A stretch of 27,103 bases of DNA, taken from a bacterium (GTDB lineage: Bacteria; Desulfobacterota; DSWW01). This document shows, piece by piece, positions 1-7,970 of this stretch. Both the position numbers and the translations under genes were made by a program. The notes beneath the pieces are model-generated. The model saw nothing but the letters and a program-made list of their open reading frames with translations. It had not been told where the DNA came from and did not search any database. The stretch lies in NCBI GenBank assembly GCA_040756235.1, contig JBFLZG010000057.1:1-27103 (forward strand). Reading direction: 5' to 3'. Numbering within the stretch: position 1 is the stretch's first letter; each line of letters starts with the position of its first letter.

Positions 1-123
1 AGCCTGTTCAAAAATGCCCAGATGCAAGGCGCGCGAAATCCCGAGGAATGAGGCGTACATTTCAGTACGCCGCAGTGACGAGGGACGAGCGCAACGCCGC
101 AGATGGGCGTTTTGGGACAGGCT
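1..123. mobile_element. MITE-like palindromic repeat element, copy 1
   Basis: Imperfect terminal inverted repeats: AGCCTGTTCAAAAATGCCCAGATGC vs reverse complement of the right end AGCCTGTCCCAAAACGCCCATCTGC (20/25 identical). Arms are near-identical to the element at 19450-19606. Followed by CTAG. No coding capacity. Confidence 0.8.
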
Positions 124-184
124 CTAGAATAGAAGGCGTCCGACAGCGGCTGAACGGTTCACCGGAACACAGGAGAGTCCCTAG

Positions 185-1906
185 ATTCAGAAGGTTTTCG
201 GCAACACACTGGGTCTGAAGCCCAGCCAGTTGAAGAGCATCGAGCGGATCTACCGGCGGCGTCTGCCCCTCGAGCAGATCGTGACGCCGGAATTGGCCCG
301 CTACCTCGCTCAAATCTCCTGGGAAGTCAACAGGCAGATCGGGATCCTCGTCGACCGCAGGGGATACATCCAGCAGGTCGTGATCGGTGAGGCCAAGCAG
401 ATCTTCCTGCCCGAGATCAAGCGCCGTAGGTCCGCCGCGGAACGCCTTTCCGGACTGCGTTACATCCACACCCATTTGGACGGCGAGCCCCTGGGCCGGG
501 AGGATCTGACCGACCTCGCCCTTCTGCGGTTCGACTGCATCCTTGCCATCCAGGTGGACTCTCAGGGCCTTGCTCGGAGCGTTCACGCGGCGAACCTCAT
601 TCCCGGCGACAGCTCGGAACGGCCGTGGGAAGTGTCCGAGCCCCTTCAGCTCTCGGCCCTGTCTTCCTGGAGCTTCCCCGAGCTGGTCCGCAACCTGGAG
701 AAGGAGTTTGCCCGCCCCGGCCCGGCCGCGGCGCGAAGGCCGAGCGACTCGGGCAGGGAAAGGGTCCTGCTCGTGGGGGTGGCGACGGCCGGCTCCGCCG
801 AAGCCGAGGAGTCGCTGAAGGAGCTCAAGGACCTGGCCGAGTCTTCCAACGTGGTCGTGGTGGATTCGATTCTGCAGAGGAGGCCTTGCGTCCATCCTCA
901 GTTCGTGGTCGGGCTCGGCAAGATCAAGGACCTTTCCATTCAGGCCATGCAGACCGGTGCGGGGATGATCATCTTCGATCAGAACCTGACGGCCGCTCAG
1001 GTGCGCTCGGTCTCCAACGTAACGGACTTGAAGATCCTCGATCGGACCCAGCTCATCCTCGAGCTCTTTGCGCAACGCGCGAAGACACGGGACGGCAAGA
1101 TCCAGGTCGAGCTCGCGCAGCTCCGCTACCGGCTCCCCCGTCTGGTCCACCGGAACACGGGCTTGTCCAGGCTGGCCGGAGGCATCGGCGGCATGGGGCC
1201 CGGGGAGACCAAGCTCGAGATCGACCGTCGGAGAGTCCGCGAGAGAATCCACCGTCTCGAGAAAGAAATCGAAACGATCCGGAAGGAGAGAGGCGTTCAG
1301 CGCGCTCAGCGGACCCGCCGCGGCCTGCCGCTCGTCTGTCTCGTCGGATACACGAACGCGGGCAAGTCCACCCTCCTGAACACCCTCACCCAGAGCAACG
1401 TCTACACGGCCAGCCGCATGTTCGCGACCCTGGACCCGGCCACGCGCAAGCTCTGGCTGCAAGGTGTCGGCGAGATCCTTCTCACGGATACGGTCGGGTT
1501 CATCAGGGATCTGCCCGCGGATCTGGTCGCAGCTTTCCGGGCCACCCTCGAGGAGCTGCGGCAGGCGCACGTGCTCGTGCACGTCATCGACGGGGCTTCC
1601 CGTGTGTGCGAAAAGCAGATGGCGGTCGTGGAGTCGATGCTGCAGGAGCTCGATCTCGATCACCTGCCTCGTCTGAACGTATTCAACAAGTCCGATCTGA
1701 CCGACCCCGCGGAGACGGCCAACCTGTGCCGGCGGTACGATGGCGTGCCGGTCTGCGCGTTGGACCCTTCCACCCTCGAGGCCCTCCTGAGGCGCCTCGC
1801 CGCTCGGCTTCCTGCGGCCGGAGCCCTTTCGAGAGCGGCCAACTGCGAGTTTTCCTCTCCGGCCGGCAGCTTCCGGCGGCGCGACGGGACCGGGTACGGA
1901 GTCTGA
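185..1906 (+). CDS. hflX: GTPase HflX, long form with extra N-terminal domain; probable ATT start (ORF track starts at TTG 230)
   Basis: Motifs ILDRTQLILELFAQRA, QVELAQLRYRLPRL, GPGETKLE, G1 GYTNAGKS, G2 FATLDP, G3 DTVGF, G4 NKSD. The frame is open back to ATT185 (IQKVFGNTLGLKPSQ), with AGGAG at 171-175 and an in-frame TAG at 182-184. Confidence 0.95.
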   Translation: MQKVFGNTLGLKPSQLKSIERIYRRRLPLEQIVTPELARYLAQISWEVNRQIGILVDRRGYIQQVVIGEAKQIFLPEIKRRRSAAERLSGLRYIHTHLDGEPLGREDLTDLALLRFDCILAIQVDSQGLARSVHAANLIPGDSSERPWEVSEPLQLSALSSWSFPELVRNLEKEFARPGPAAARRPSDSGRERVLLVGVATAGSAEAEESLKELKDLAESSNVVVVDSILQRRPCVHPQFVVGLGKIKDLSIQAMQTGAGMIIFDQNLTAAQVRSVSNVTDLKILDRTQLILELFAQRAKTRDGKIQVELAQLRYRLPRLVHRNTGLSRLAGGIGGMGPGETKLEIDRRRVRERIHRLEKEIETIRKERGVQRAQRTRRGLPLVCLVGYTNAGKSTLLNTLTQSNVYTASRMFATLDPATRKLWLQGVGEILLTDTVGFIRDLPADLVAAFRATLEELRQAHVLVHVIDGASRVCEKQMAVVESMLQELDLDHLPRLNVFNKSDLTDPAETANLCRRYDGVPVCALDPSTLEALLRRLAARLPAAGALSRAANCEFSSPAGSFRRRDGTGYGV

Positions 1907-1975
1907 ATCCAGACGCCGGGAAACGGCACACGGACAAGCGGATGAGGCTGTCGGGCCGCACCCGACACCGCGGCT

Positions 1976-2560
1976 TCAGAGCAGCGGAAGCAGGTGCCGG
2001 CGCAGCTTGTCGACGGTCGGCGGCCGCTCGATGACGGCGACCCCGCCTTGCGGAGCGCTGTGCGGCTTGCTCGCCGCCGCGCCGCCGTCCAGGAGCAGGA
2101 TGCGCACGTTGCGGGTTTCCGAGACGTTGCGCAGGGCACGGCAGAACTCCCGCACCGAGGTCCCGTATTTGCGGCAGAACAGGATCACGATGTCCGGCTG
2201 AACCAGGCCGGCCCGGACAGAGGCCTCGAACAGCCCCTCGGTCACGCAAACCTGATAAGCATCGGAAGCTCTGCGCAGGACCTGACGAAAGATCCTTTCC
2301 AGGGCGTCGAGCTCGTCCTTCGGCAGGTCGCCCCTGGGCCCGGCGATGAGGATCTTCTGAGGCTGTGCCCGGAGGTCGCTCGAAAAGGGGATGCGGTAGC
2401 GATCGAGAAAATCGCGCAGGTCTTCCTCGCGCACCCTGCGGTGCCCGCCCGGAGTGCGGAAGGAAGCCAGCCGGCCCTCGTCCACCCAACGAATGATCGT
2501 CCGGAGCGAAACATTGCAGACCTTGGCGAGGTCCACGGTCGTGTAAAGGCGCTCGCGCAT
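1976..2560 (-). CDS. Excisionase-type HTH (HTH_17) DNA-binding protein with degenerate C-terminal receiver-like domain
   Basis: N-terminus LYTTVDLAKVCNVSLRTIIRWVDEGRLASFRTPGGHRRV is a typical HTH_17/MerR-like motif. C-terminal KILI...PDIVIL...VRILLL has receiver-fold spacing. ATG 2560 chosen because the longer ORF overlaps the upstream gene. Confidence 0.8.
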   Translation of the reverse strand: MRERLYTTVDLAKVCNVSLRTIIRWVDEGRLASFRTPGGHRRVREEDLRDFLDRYRIPFSSDLRAQPQKILIAGPRGDLPKDELDALERIFRQVLRRASDAYQVCVTEGLFEASVRAGLVQPDIVILFCRKYGTSVREFCRALRNVSETRNVRILLLDGGAAASKPHSAPQGGVAVIERPPTVDKLRRHLLPLL

Positions 2561-2624
2561 CGGCAGCCCGTCCGACCCCGAAGGGTCATGCCGGCTCTGG
2601 TTTTGGTGTCTTCCGTTCCTATCG

Positions 2625-3662
2625 TCACTTGGGCAGTCTTTCTTTATTTTCGAACACCTTGACCAGCTCGTCGCGCTCGAAGCGCGGCAGGGGGCGGACT
2701 CCGTCCGGCCCGACCCGCTGCACACCTTCCTGCGCTTCGCGGATCTCGCCGATCCGGCTCGATCGAATACCGGCCAGAGACAGGGCCTTCTCGACCGCAC
2801 AGGCCCCCGCCGGGTCGACGGCGATCAGGAGAGCGCCGGAGGCGAGCAGCCCCATGGGATCGAGCCCCAGCCGTTCGCAAACTGCAGCGGTCTCGGGAAG
2901 AACCGGGATGCGTTCCTCTTCGAGCCGCATGCCGACCGCGCCGCGCGCGGCCAGCTCCCACAAGGCCTGCGCCAGCCCTCCCTCGGTCGGGTCGTGCATG
3001 CCGTGGACCCGGCCCGCCCCTGCCCGGAGCGCGATCCCGGCTTCCTCGACCACGCTGATGCCCGGTTCCGTCAGCAGTCTCTTCGCCCTCTCCAGCAGAT
3101 CGCTCGCGAGCCCGGTGCGGAGCAGATGTCCCCGTTCCCGTGCGATCACCGAAGTGCCTTCGATCGCGATCCCTTTGGTCAGCAGGAGGAGGTCGCCCGG
3201 CCGCATGGTGCGCTTGTCGACGAAATAGTGGCCGGCCGTTTCGCCCAAGAGCTGACCTACCAGAATGGGGCGGTCCAGCCCCACGGTGACCTCCGTGTGC
3301 CCCCCGCACACGGTAATCCCGAGCTGAGCGCAGGCCGCGCCGATATCCTCGAACAGGGCTTCGACGCTCGCCGGATCGGTGCGGCCATCCGGAAGCAGGC
3401 AGGTGACCAGGAGCCACCTGGACGTGGCGCCCAGACAGGCGATGTCGTTGGCGTTTACGTGCACCAGATACCACCCGATACGGTCCGTCGCGAAGGTGAT
3501 CGGATCGGTCTTGGCCACGAGGAAGCGGTCCCCGAGGTCGATGACGGCCGCGTCTTCACCCACGTGGGGACCCACGGCAACGCTGGGATCGCTCCGACGA
3601 AGCCGGTCCAGGAGCTTTCCGAGGAGCTCCGCAGGGATCTTTCCGGCAGGGATGCCCGCCAT
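2625..3662 (-). CDS. AIR synthase-related protein (PurM-like superfamily; HypE/ThiL/SelD fold), function unknown
   Basis: Motifs GEDAAVID, KTDPITF, VNANDIA, GGHTEVT, GDLLLLTKG, MHDPTEGGL, LLASGALL. Confidence 0.88.
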   Translation of the reverse strand: MAGIPAGKIPAELLGKLLDRLRRSDPSVAVGPHVGEDAAVIDLGDRFLVAKTDPITFATDRIGWYLVHVNANDIACLGATSRWLLVTCLLPDGRTDPASVEALFEDIGAACAQLGITVCGGHTEVTVGLDRPILVGQLLGETAGHYFVDKRTMRPGDLLLLTKGIAIEGTSVIARERGHLLRTGLASDLLERAKRLLTEPGISVVEEAGIALRAGAGRVHGMHDPTEGGLAQALWELAARGAVGMRLEEERIPVLPETAAVCERLGLDPMGLLASGALLIAVDPAGACAVEKALSLAGIRSSRIGEIREAQEGVQRVGPDGVRPLPRFERDELVKVFENKERLPK

Positions 3663-3679
3663 GGTCCGTCTCCGAGCCG

Positions 3680-4642
3680 TCAGTGACCGCCGCGCATGTC
3701 GAGGAGGACCTTGAGCGCCCCCGGCCTGCCGGCCCGTTCGAAAGCCTGGAGGGCTCGGCCGAAGGGCACGATCTGTTCGATGAGGCCCTGCAGCCGAACC
3801 CGCCCGGCCTCGAGGGCTCTCAGGGCGGGAGGAAAGGGACCGCAGCGGGAGCCCACGACGGTGATCTCATCGACCACCAGCCCGGCCAAGTGCAGGCAAC
3901 TCTTCTCCGCCACCGTGCTCTTGAGCACGAGCGTTCCCCGGGGTCTGAGCATCGTCCTGGCGGCTTCGAACCCGTCGGGGTTGCCCGTCGCTTCGATCAC
4001 GACGTCCATGCTGCCCTTTTCCATCTCCTCGAGGAGGGCCGTGCGGAGGCCGACGGCGCGGCAGCGGGACAGTCCCTGTTCGTGGCGGCACACGACCAGA
4101 AGGTCGCAACCCGCAAGGGCCAGCACCTGCGCCGCGAGCAGCCCGAGCTTGCCGCAACCCAGCACGGCCACGCGCTCCGAGGGGCTCACCTTGACTTGTT
4201 CCAGGATTTCGAAGGCGGCCGCCAGGGGTTCGACGAACACGCCTTGCTCGTCGGAAACCGCATCCGGAATCACGTGCAGGTTCGCTTCCGGAAGGGTCAG
4301 GAATTCCGCAAACGCCCCGCCGCGGTTCACAATGCCGAGCACGGTCCGCTGAGGGCAATGACGTTCCAGGCCCTTGCGGCAGAGAGCGCAGCGGCGGCAA
4401 GGGCAGTTGATCTCGCCTGCCACCCGCTTGCCGATCCAGAGCGGATCGTCGGCTTCGACCACGTCGCCCACGAACTCGTGTCCCAGGATCCCGCTGAACC
4501 CCATGTACCCGCGCAGGACCTCCAGGTCCGTGTTGCAGATCCCGGCCATCCGGACCCGGATGCGGGCTTCGCCGGCAGGGCGCTCCGGCACCGGAACATC
4601 CGTACGGAACGAAAGCCCACCTTCGTAGATCAGGGCTCTCAA
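3680..4642 (-). CDS. Zinc-dependent medium-chain dehydrogenase/reductase (alcohol dehydrogenase-like)
   Basis: Catalytic Zn motifs GICNTD and GHEFVG; structural Zn CRRCALCRKGLERHC; Rossmann VLGCGKLG; TTG start with GGAGG upstream. Confidence 0.9.
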   Translation of the reverse strand: MRALIYEGGLSFRTDVPVPERPAGEARIRVRMAGICNTDLEVLRGYMGFSGILGHEFVGDVVEADDPLWIGKRVAGEINCPCRRCALCRKGLERHCPQRTVLGIVNRGGAFAEFLTLPEANLHVIPDAVSDEQGVFVEPLAAAFEILEQVKVSPSERVAVLGCGKLGLLAAQVLALAGCDLLVVCRHEQGLSRCRAVGLRTALLEEMEKGSMDVVIEATGNPDGFEAARTMLRPRGTLVLKSTVAEKSCLHLAGLVVDEITVVGSRCGPFPPALRALEAGRVRLQGLIEQIVPFGRALQAFERAGRPGALKVLLDMRGGH

Positions 4643-4704
4643 CGCTTGCCTCCGTCCGCGGGTTCACGGCTCCTCGATCGCCAGGTCGCGCGCCGCAGAC
4701 TTCA

Positions 4705-5052
4705 TCAGGGTGCAGGGGCATGGGGGATGCAGCAGATGAACGTCATGCCTCGATCGCCTGCCCGGAATCGATGTCTCTCATCCGGCGGGACATACGCGGC
4801 CATGCCTTCTGCGAGCGCGATCGCAGCCCCTTCACCGAGGAGCTCGCCGGATCCCCGCACGATGAAGACCTCGTGTTCCCAGGGATGCACATGAAAAGGC
4901 GTGTGTCCGCCCGGCTCCAACCGGAACAGGCGCATGGCGAAGTGACCGGCCCCGTCCTCGCGGGTGATCAGGGGGCGCAGTTCCGCTCCCTTGACCCCCT
5001 GCTCCAGGCTGAGGTCTACCGGCGGCACGTCTTGCTGGCGGCGCACGAACAT
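4705..5052 (-). CDS. Cupin domain protein
   Basis: Cupin metal motifs HTPFHVHPWEHEVF and VPPDERHRF; C-terminal FICCIP. Confidence 0.88.
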   Translation of the reverse strand: MFVRRQQDVPPVDLSLEQGVKGAELRPLITREDGAGHFAMRLFRLEPGGHTPFHVHPWEHEVFIVRGSGELLGEGAAIALAEGMAAYVPPDERHRFRAGDRGMTFICCIPHAPAP

Positions 5053-5124
5053 GTCGGTCCCTTTCTGGTTGTGTTCAAGAAAGCATTAACACACGCACGG
5101 ACAAAGGGAAAGTGACCAAGCCCT

Positions 5125-5154
5125 TTGAGTTGTCCGCGCGGGGTCTGGTATGCT
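5125..5154 (+). promoter_or_regulatory. Putative sigma70 promoter for the desulfurase-GNAT pair
   Basis: TTGAGT-N18-TATGCT with TG extension, 63 nt upstream of ATG 5218. Confidence 0.4.
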
Positions 5155-5217
5155 TTTTCTGCTCTTCCCGGCCGGCGGAAGGGTTCGGATCGTTTCTCGC
5201 CGGGTGCTTCGGACTCC

Positions 5218-6375
5218 ATGCATTCGGACTCCATCTATTTCGATCATGCTGCAACGAGCTTTCCGAAACCCCCGGAATTCTGGGAGGAGCTGACCACCTA
5301 CCAGACAAGCATCGGCGGATCCCCGGGCAGAGGAGCGCACCGGGCCGCCGATCAGGCATCCGAATGGGTCTATGAGACGCGCAAAGAGTTGGCGGCTCTC
5401 TTCCGTGTGACAGAACCGGAGCGCATCGTTTTCACCGCCAACGCCACCGAGTCCCTCAACCTGGCGCTGCTCGGTCTGCTCCGGCACGGGGACCACGTCG
5501 TCACGACCTCTCAAGAGCACAACTCGGTTGTCCGCCCTCTGACCTACCTGGCCCGGACCCGGAACGTGCTCATTTCTTACGTGCCGCTGAGCCCTGAGGG
5601 CGAGCTGGACCCGTCGGACGTGCGCAAGTCGATTCGCCGGAAGACGCGACTCATCGTGGTGAACCACGCCTCGAATGTGACGGGCGCGATCGCGCCGCTG
5701 GAGGCGATCGGGTCGCTGTCGGGATCGCTTCCTCTGCTCGTCGATGCAACGCAGACGGCGGGGTTGGTTCCGCTGGACGTGGAGAAGTCCAACGTCGCGC
5801 TGCTGGCCTTCACGGGGCACAAGTCTCTCTACGGCCCGACCGGCGTCGGGGGTCTGTACATTCGCCCGGACCAGGACCTCTCCCCCTTGAAGACGGGCGG
5901 AACCGGCAGTCTTTCCGAAGAGCCGGACCAGCCCGCCTTCCTGCCGGACCGTTACGAGAGCGGCACCCTCAATATGCTGGGGATTGCCGGACTCAAGGGG
6001 AGTCTCCGATTCCTGCGCAAGACCGGCATCGATGCCATCCGCCGCCACGAAAGGGATCTGCTGAAGCGGCTGGAACGCGGGCTTGCGGGCCGCGCAGGAT
6101 TCCGCCTCTACGGCCCGTCGCTCGATTCGGTCCGCACCGGCACGGTCTCCCTCAACCTGCGGGGCTGGGAGCCTTCAGAAGTGAGCTATCTGCTGGACCG
6201 CCTCTACGCCATCCGGACGCGGAGCGGGCTCCATTGCTCCCCCGGCACGCACCGTGCGCTCGGCACTTTTCCCTCAGGGACCGTCCGCGTCTCGGTAGGG
6301 TATTTCAATACGGTGGACGAGATCGACAAGCTGCTCGACGCCCTCTACGACATCCTGCAACAGAAGCGATCGTGA
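5218..6375 (+). CDS. Aminotransferase class V PLP enzyme, cysteine desulfurase / selenocysteine lyase family
   Basis: IYFDHAATSFPKP, FTANATESLN, EHNSV, NHASNVTG, DATQTAG, PLP-lysine FTGHKSLYGPTG, catalytic RSGLHCSP. Confidence 0.92.
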   Translation: MHSDSIYFDHAATSFPKPPEFWEELTTYQTSIGGSPGRGAHRAADQASEWVYETRKELAALFRVTEPERIVFTANATESLNLALLGLLRHGDHVVTTSQEHNSVVRPLTYLARTRNVLISYVPLSPEGELDPSDVRKSIRRKTRLIVVNHASNVTGAIAPLEAIGSLSGSLPLLVDATQTAGLVPLDVEKSNVALLAFTGHKSLYGPTGVGGLYIRPDQDLSPLKTGGTGSLSEEPDQPAFLPDRYESGTLNMLGIAGLKGSLRFLRKTGIDAIRRHERDLLKRLERGLAGRAGFRLYGPSLDSVRTGTVSLNLRGWEPSEVSYLLDRLYAIRTRSGLHCSPGTHRALGTFPSGTVRVSVGYFNTVDEIDKLLDALYDILQQKRS

Positions 6376-6386
6376 TCGGAGCCAAG

Positions 6387-6899
6387 ATGGCCAAGGCGCA
6401 ACGAGAGCCTCCCAAAGAAGTGGTGTTTCGAGCGTGGACCCGCGGGGACATTCCGGCTCTGGCCCGGCTTGCCAAGGAACTCTATCTGTACATCGAGTCC
6501 ATCGACCCGGTCTGGAGGACGGCGCCAGGCGCAGAGGACGTCCTGCGGGCCCATCTGACCGACCTGTACACGAAACGGTACGCGGTCACCTACCTGGCCG
6601 TGGTGAACCAGGAGGCGATCGGATTCATCACCGGCAGCATCGTCCAGCGACCGCCCGTCATCCTTCCTCACCGGGACGGGCTGGTCGACAATGCCTACGT
6701 GAAGCCGCCCTGGAGAAACAAGGGGATCGGGGCCCGGCTGTGCAACATGCTCATGGACTGGTTCGTGCTGCAGGGAATCGATGAAGTGCGCATCCACTAC
6801 CAGGTGAGCAACCGGGAAGCCGCGGCCTTCTGGGAAAGGATGGGGTTCCTGCCCTGGACGATCGAAGGCCACTGTATCGTCTCTCACCGGAATCGGTAG
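6387..6899 (+). CDS. GNAT family N-acetyltransferase
   Basis: Acetyl-CoA motif A YVKPPWRNKGIG and motif B NREAAAFWERMGF. GGAG at 6378-6381. Alternative GTG at 6372 overlaps the upstream stop. Confidence 0.88.
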   Translation: MAKAQREPPKEVVFRAWTRGDIPALARLAKELYLYIESIDPVWRTAPGAEDVLRAHLTDLYTKRYAVTYLAVVNQEAIGFITGSIVQRPPVILPHRDGLVDNAYVKPPWRNKGIGARLCNMLMDWFVLQGIDEVRIHYQVSNREAAAFWERMGFLPWTIEGHCIVSHRNR

Positions 6900-6926
6900 C
6901 GGGGCGGTCGGCCGGGCGCCCCTACC
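6895..6926. repeat. GTAG-tagged REP-like palindrome between convergent genes
   Basis: GGTAG(C)GGGGCG-N10-CGCCCCTACC; shares GTAGGGGCG/CGCCCCTAC with the 15488-15537 element; includes the GNAT TAG stop. Confidence 0.6.
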
Positions 6927-6991
6927 AGTGTCCGAAAAGACCCATCTGGTACGTCAGGAAACGCGGCGCCTCCTGACAGCGCCCGGCGGAT

Positions 6992-7846
6992 TCAGACCGG
7001 CTCGTAGCCTTCCCCTTCCGGTGCTTCCCGGACCTTGCCTTCCTTTTCCAGCTTCTGCAGATGGGCCTGCACGGTATATCGAGCCAGCCCATGCAGGAAT
7101 TCCGGCACGTCCGTGTAGATCCTGGCCACCAACTCCTCGGGCAGACGCAACCCGGCCCGGACGCCTTTCAGGACCGCCTCCTCCCTCACCCGGCGATGCT
7201 CGATGTACTCCCGGACCTTGTGCCGGGCTTCCGCGACCACCGGACCGTGCCCGGGGCAGATCACCCGGATCGGGTAATCCAGCAAACGGGCAAGGGAAGA
7301 AACGTAACAGGACATGTCCCCCTCGGGCGGAGCGACGATCGAGGTGCCCGTGCCCAGAATGTGGTCGCCCGTGAACAGGACCCCCTCAGGCCGGAGCAGG
7401 AAACAACAATGACCGGCCGAGTGGCCGGGGGTGTGGATGACCTCGAGACGGCTTTCATCCACGGGAAAGGAGTCTCCGTCGTGAAACGTGAAATCGATCC
7501 GGAGGGGAGCCATTCTCTCGGCTTCGCCGGCGTGGATGCCCAGCTCACAACCGGTCCTCTCCCGCACCTCCTCTACGCCCACGTGATGATCCGGATGCCA
7601 GTGGGTGAGAAACAGGCGCCGCAGTCTTCTGCCGCCGTCCCTCGCCAGAAAATCCTCCAACGCCCCCAGGGCCTGCTCGTCCAGGTCCCCTGCATCCACC
7701 ATGAAGACGTCCCCGCGTCCGACCAGAAAGCTGTTCGTGCTGCGATGAGGCGGCAGCGTGAAGGTGGGTACGGGCATTCGGTAGACGGCGCCGGCAAGCT
7801 CCAGCCGCTCCAGGCGGGTGATGCTTTCCTCTTCAGAGGCTGCCAT
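6992..7846 (-). CDS. MBL-fold metallo-hydrolase (LACTB2-like, C-terminal winged helix)
   Basis: THWHPDHH, HTPGHSAGH, LFTGDHILG, PGHG; C-terminal YTVQAHLQKLEKEGKV. Confidence 0.9.
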   Translation of the reverse strand: MAASEEESITRLERLELAGAVYRMPVPTFTLPPHRSTNSFLVGRGDVFMVDAGDLDEQALGALEDFLARDGGRRLRRLFLTHWHPDHHVGVEEVRERTGCELGIHAGEAERMAPLRIDFTFHDGDSFPVDESRLEVIHTPGHSAGHCCFLLRPEGVLFTGDHILGTGTSIVAPPEGDMSCYVSSLARLLDYPIRVICPGHGPVVAEARHKVREYIEHRRVREEAVLKGVRAGLRLPEELVARIYTDVPEFLHGLARYTVQAHLQKLEKEGKVREAPEGEGYEPV

Positions 7847-7970
7847 GGTCCTGTCCCTCCGCCCGCCGGAATGCCCGCCGACGATCCATCCGCTCCGCGC
7901 AGCTGCAGATCCTCGGGTCAGGAGGCATGCAGCCCGTGGACAGGGCCCGGAACACGCAGGCCGAGCGGCT

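Noticed and set aside
102..130. Hybrid promoter formed by the MITE end and TAGAAT upstream of hflX
   Set aside because: The -10-like hexamer is present, but there is no credible -35 at the correct spacing.
62..1663. 533-aa minus-strand ORF, and similar long antisense or alternate-frame ORFs (e.g. 10875-12332, 12234-13829, 21599-23233, 24258-25922, 24484-25977)
   Set aside because: They overlap well-supported genes, lack recognisable motifs and are Arg/Pro/Gly-rich shadows expected at high GC.
1976..2560. Prophage or ICE excisionase
   Set aside because: No integrase, att site or phage genes nearby; the fusion to a receiver-like domain indicates a regulator.
4702..4707. Possible Sec readthrough at the cupin stop and other TGA-terminated genes
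   Set aside because: The proteins are complete before the stop (the cupin has tandem TGA TGA), with no conserved Cys position or SECIS-like hairpin recognised.
5208..5234. Tandem duplication TTCGGACTCCAT (period 15) spanning the desulfurase start
   Set aside because: Only two copies; likely a local slippage duplication with no evident function.
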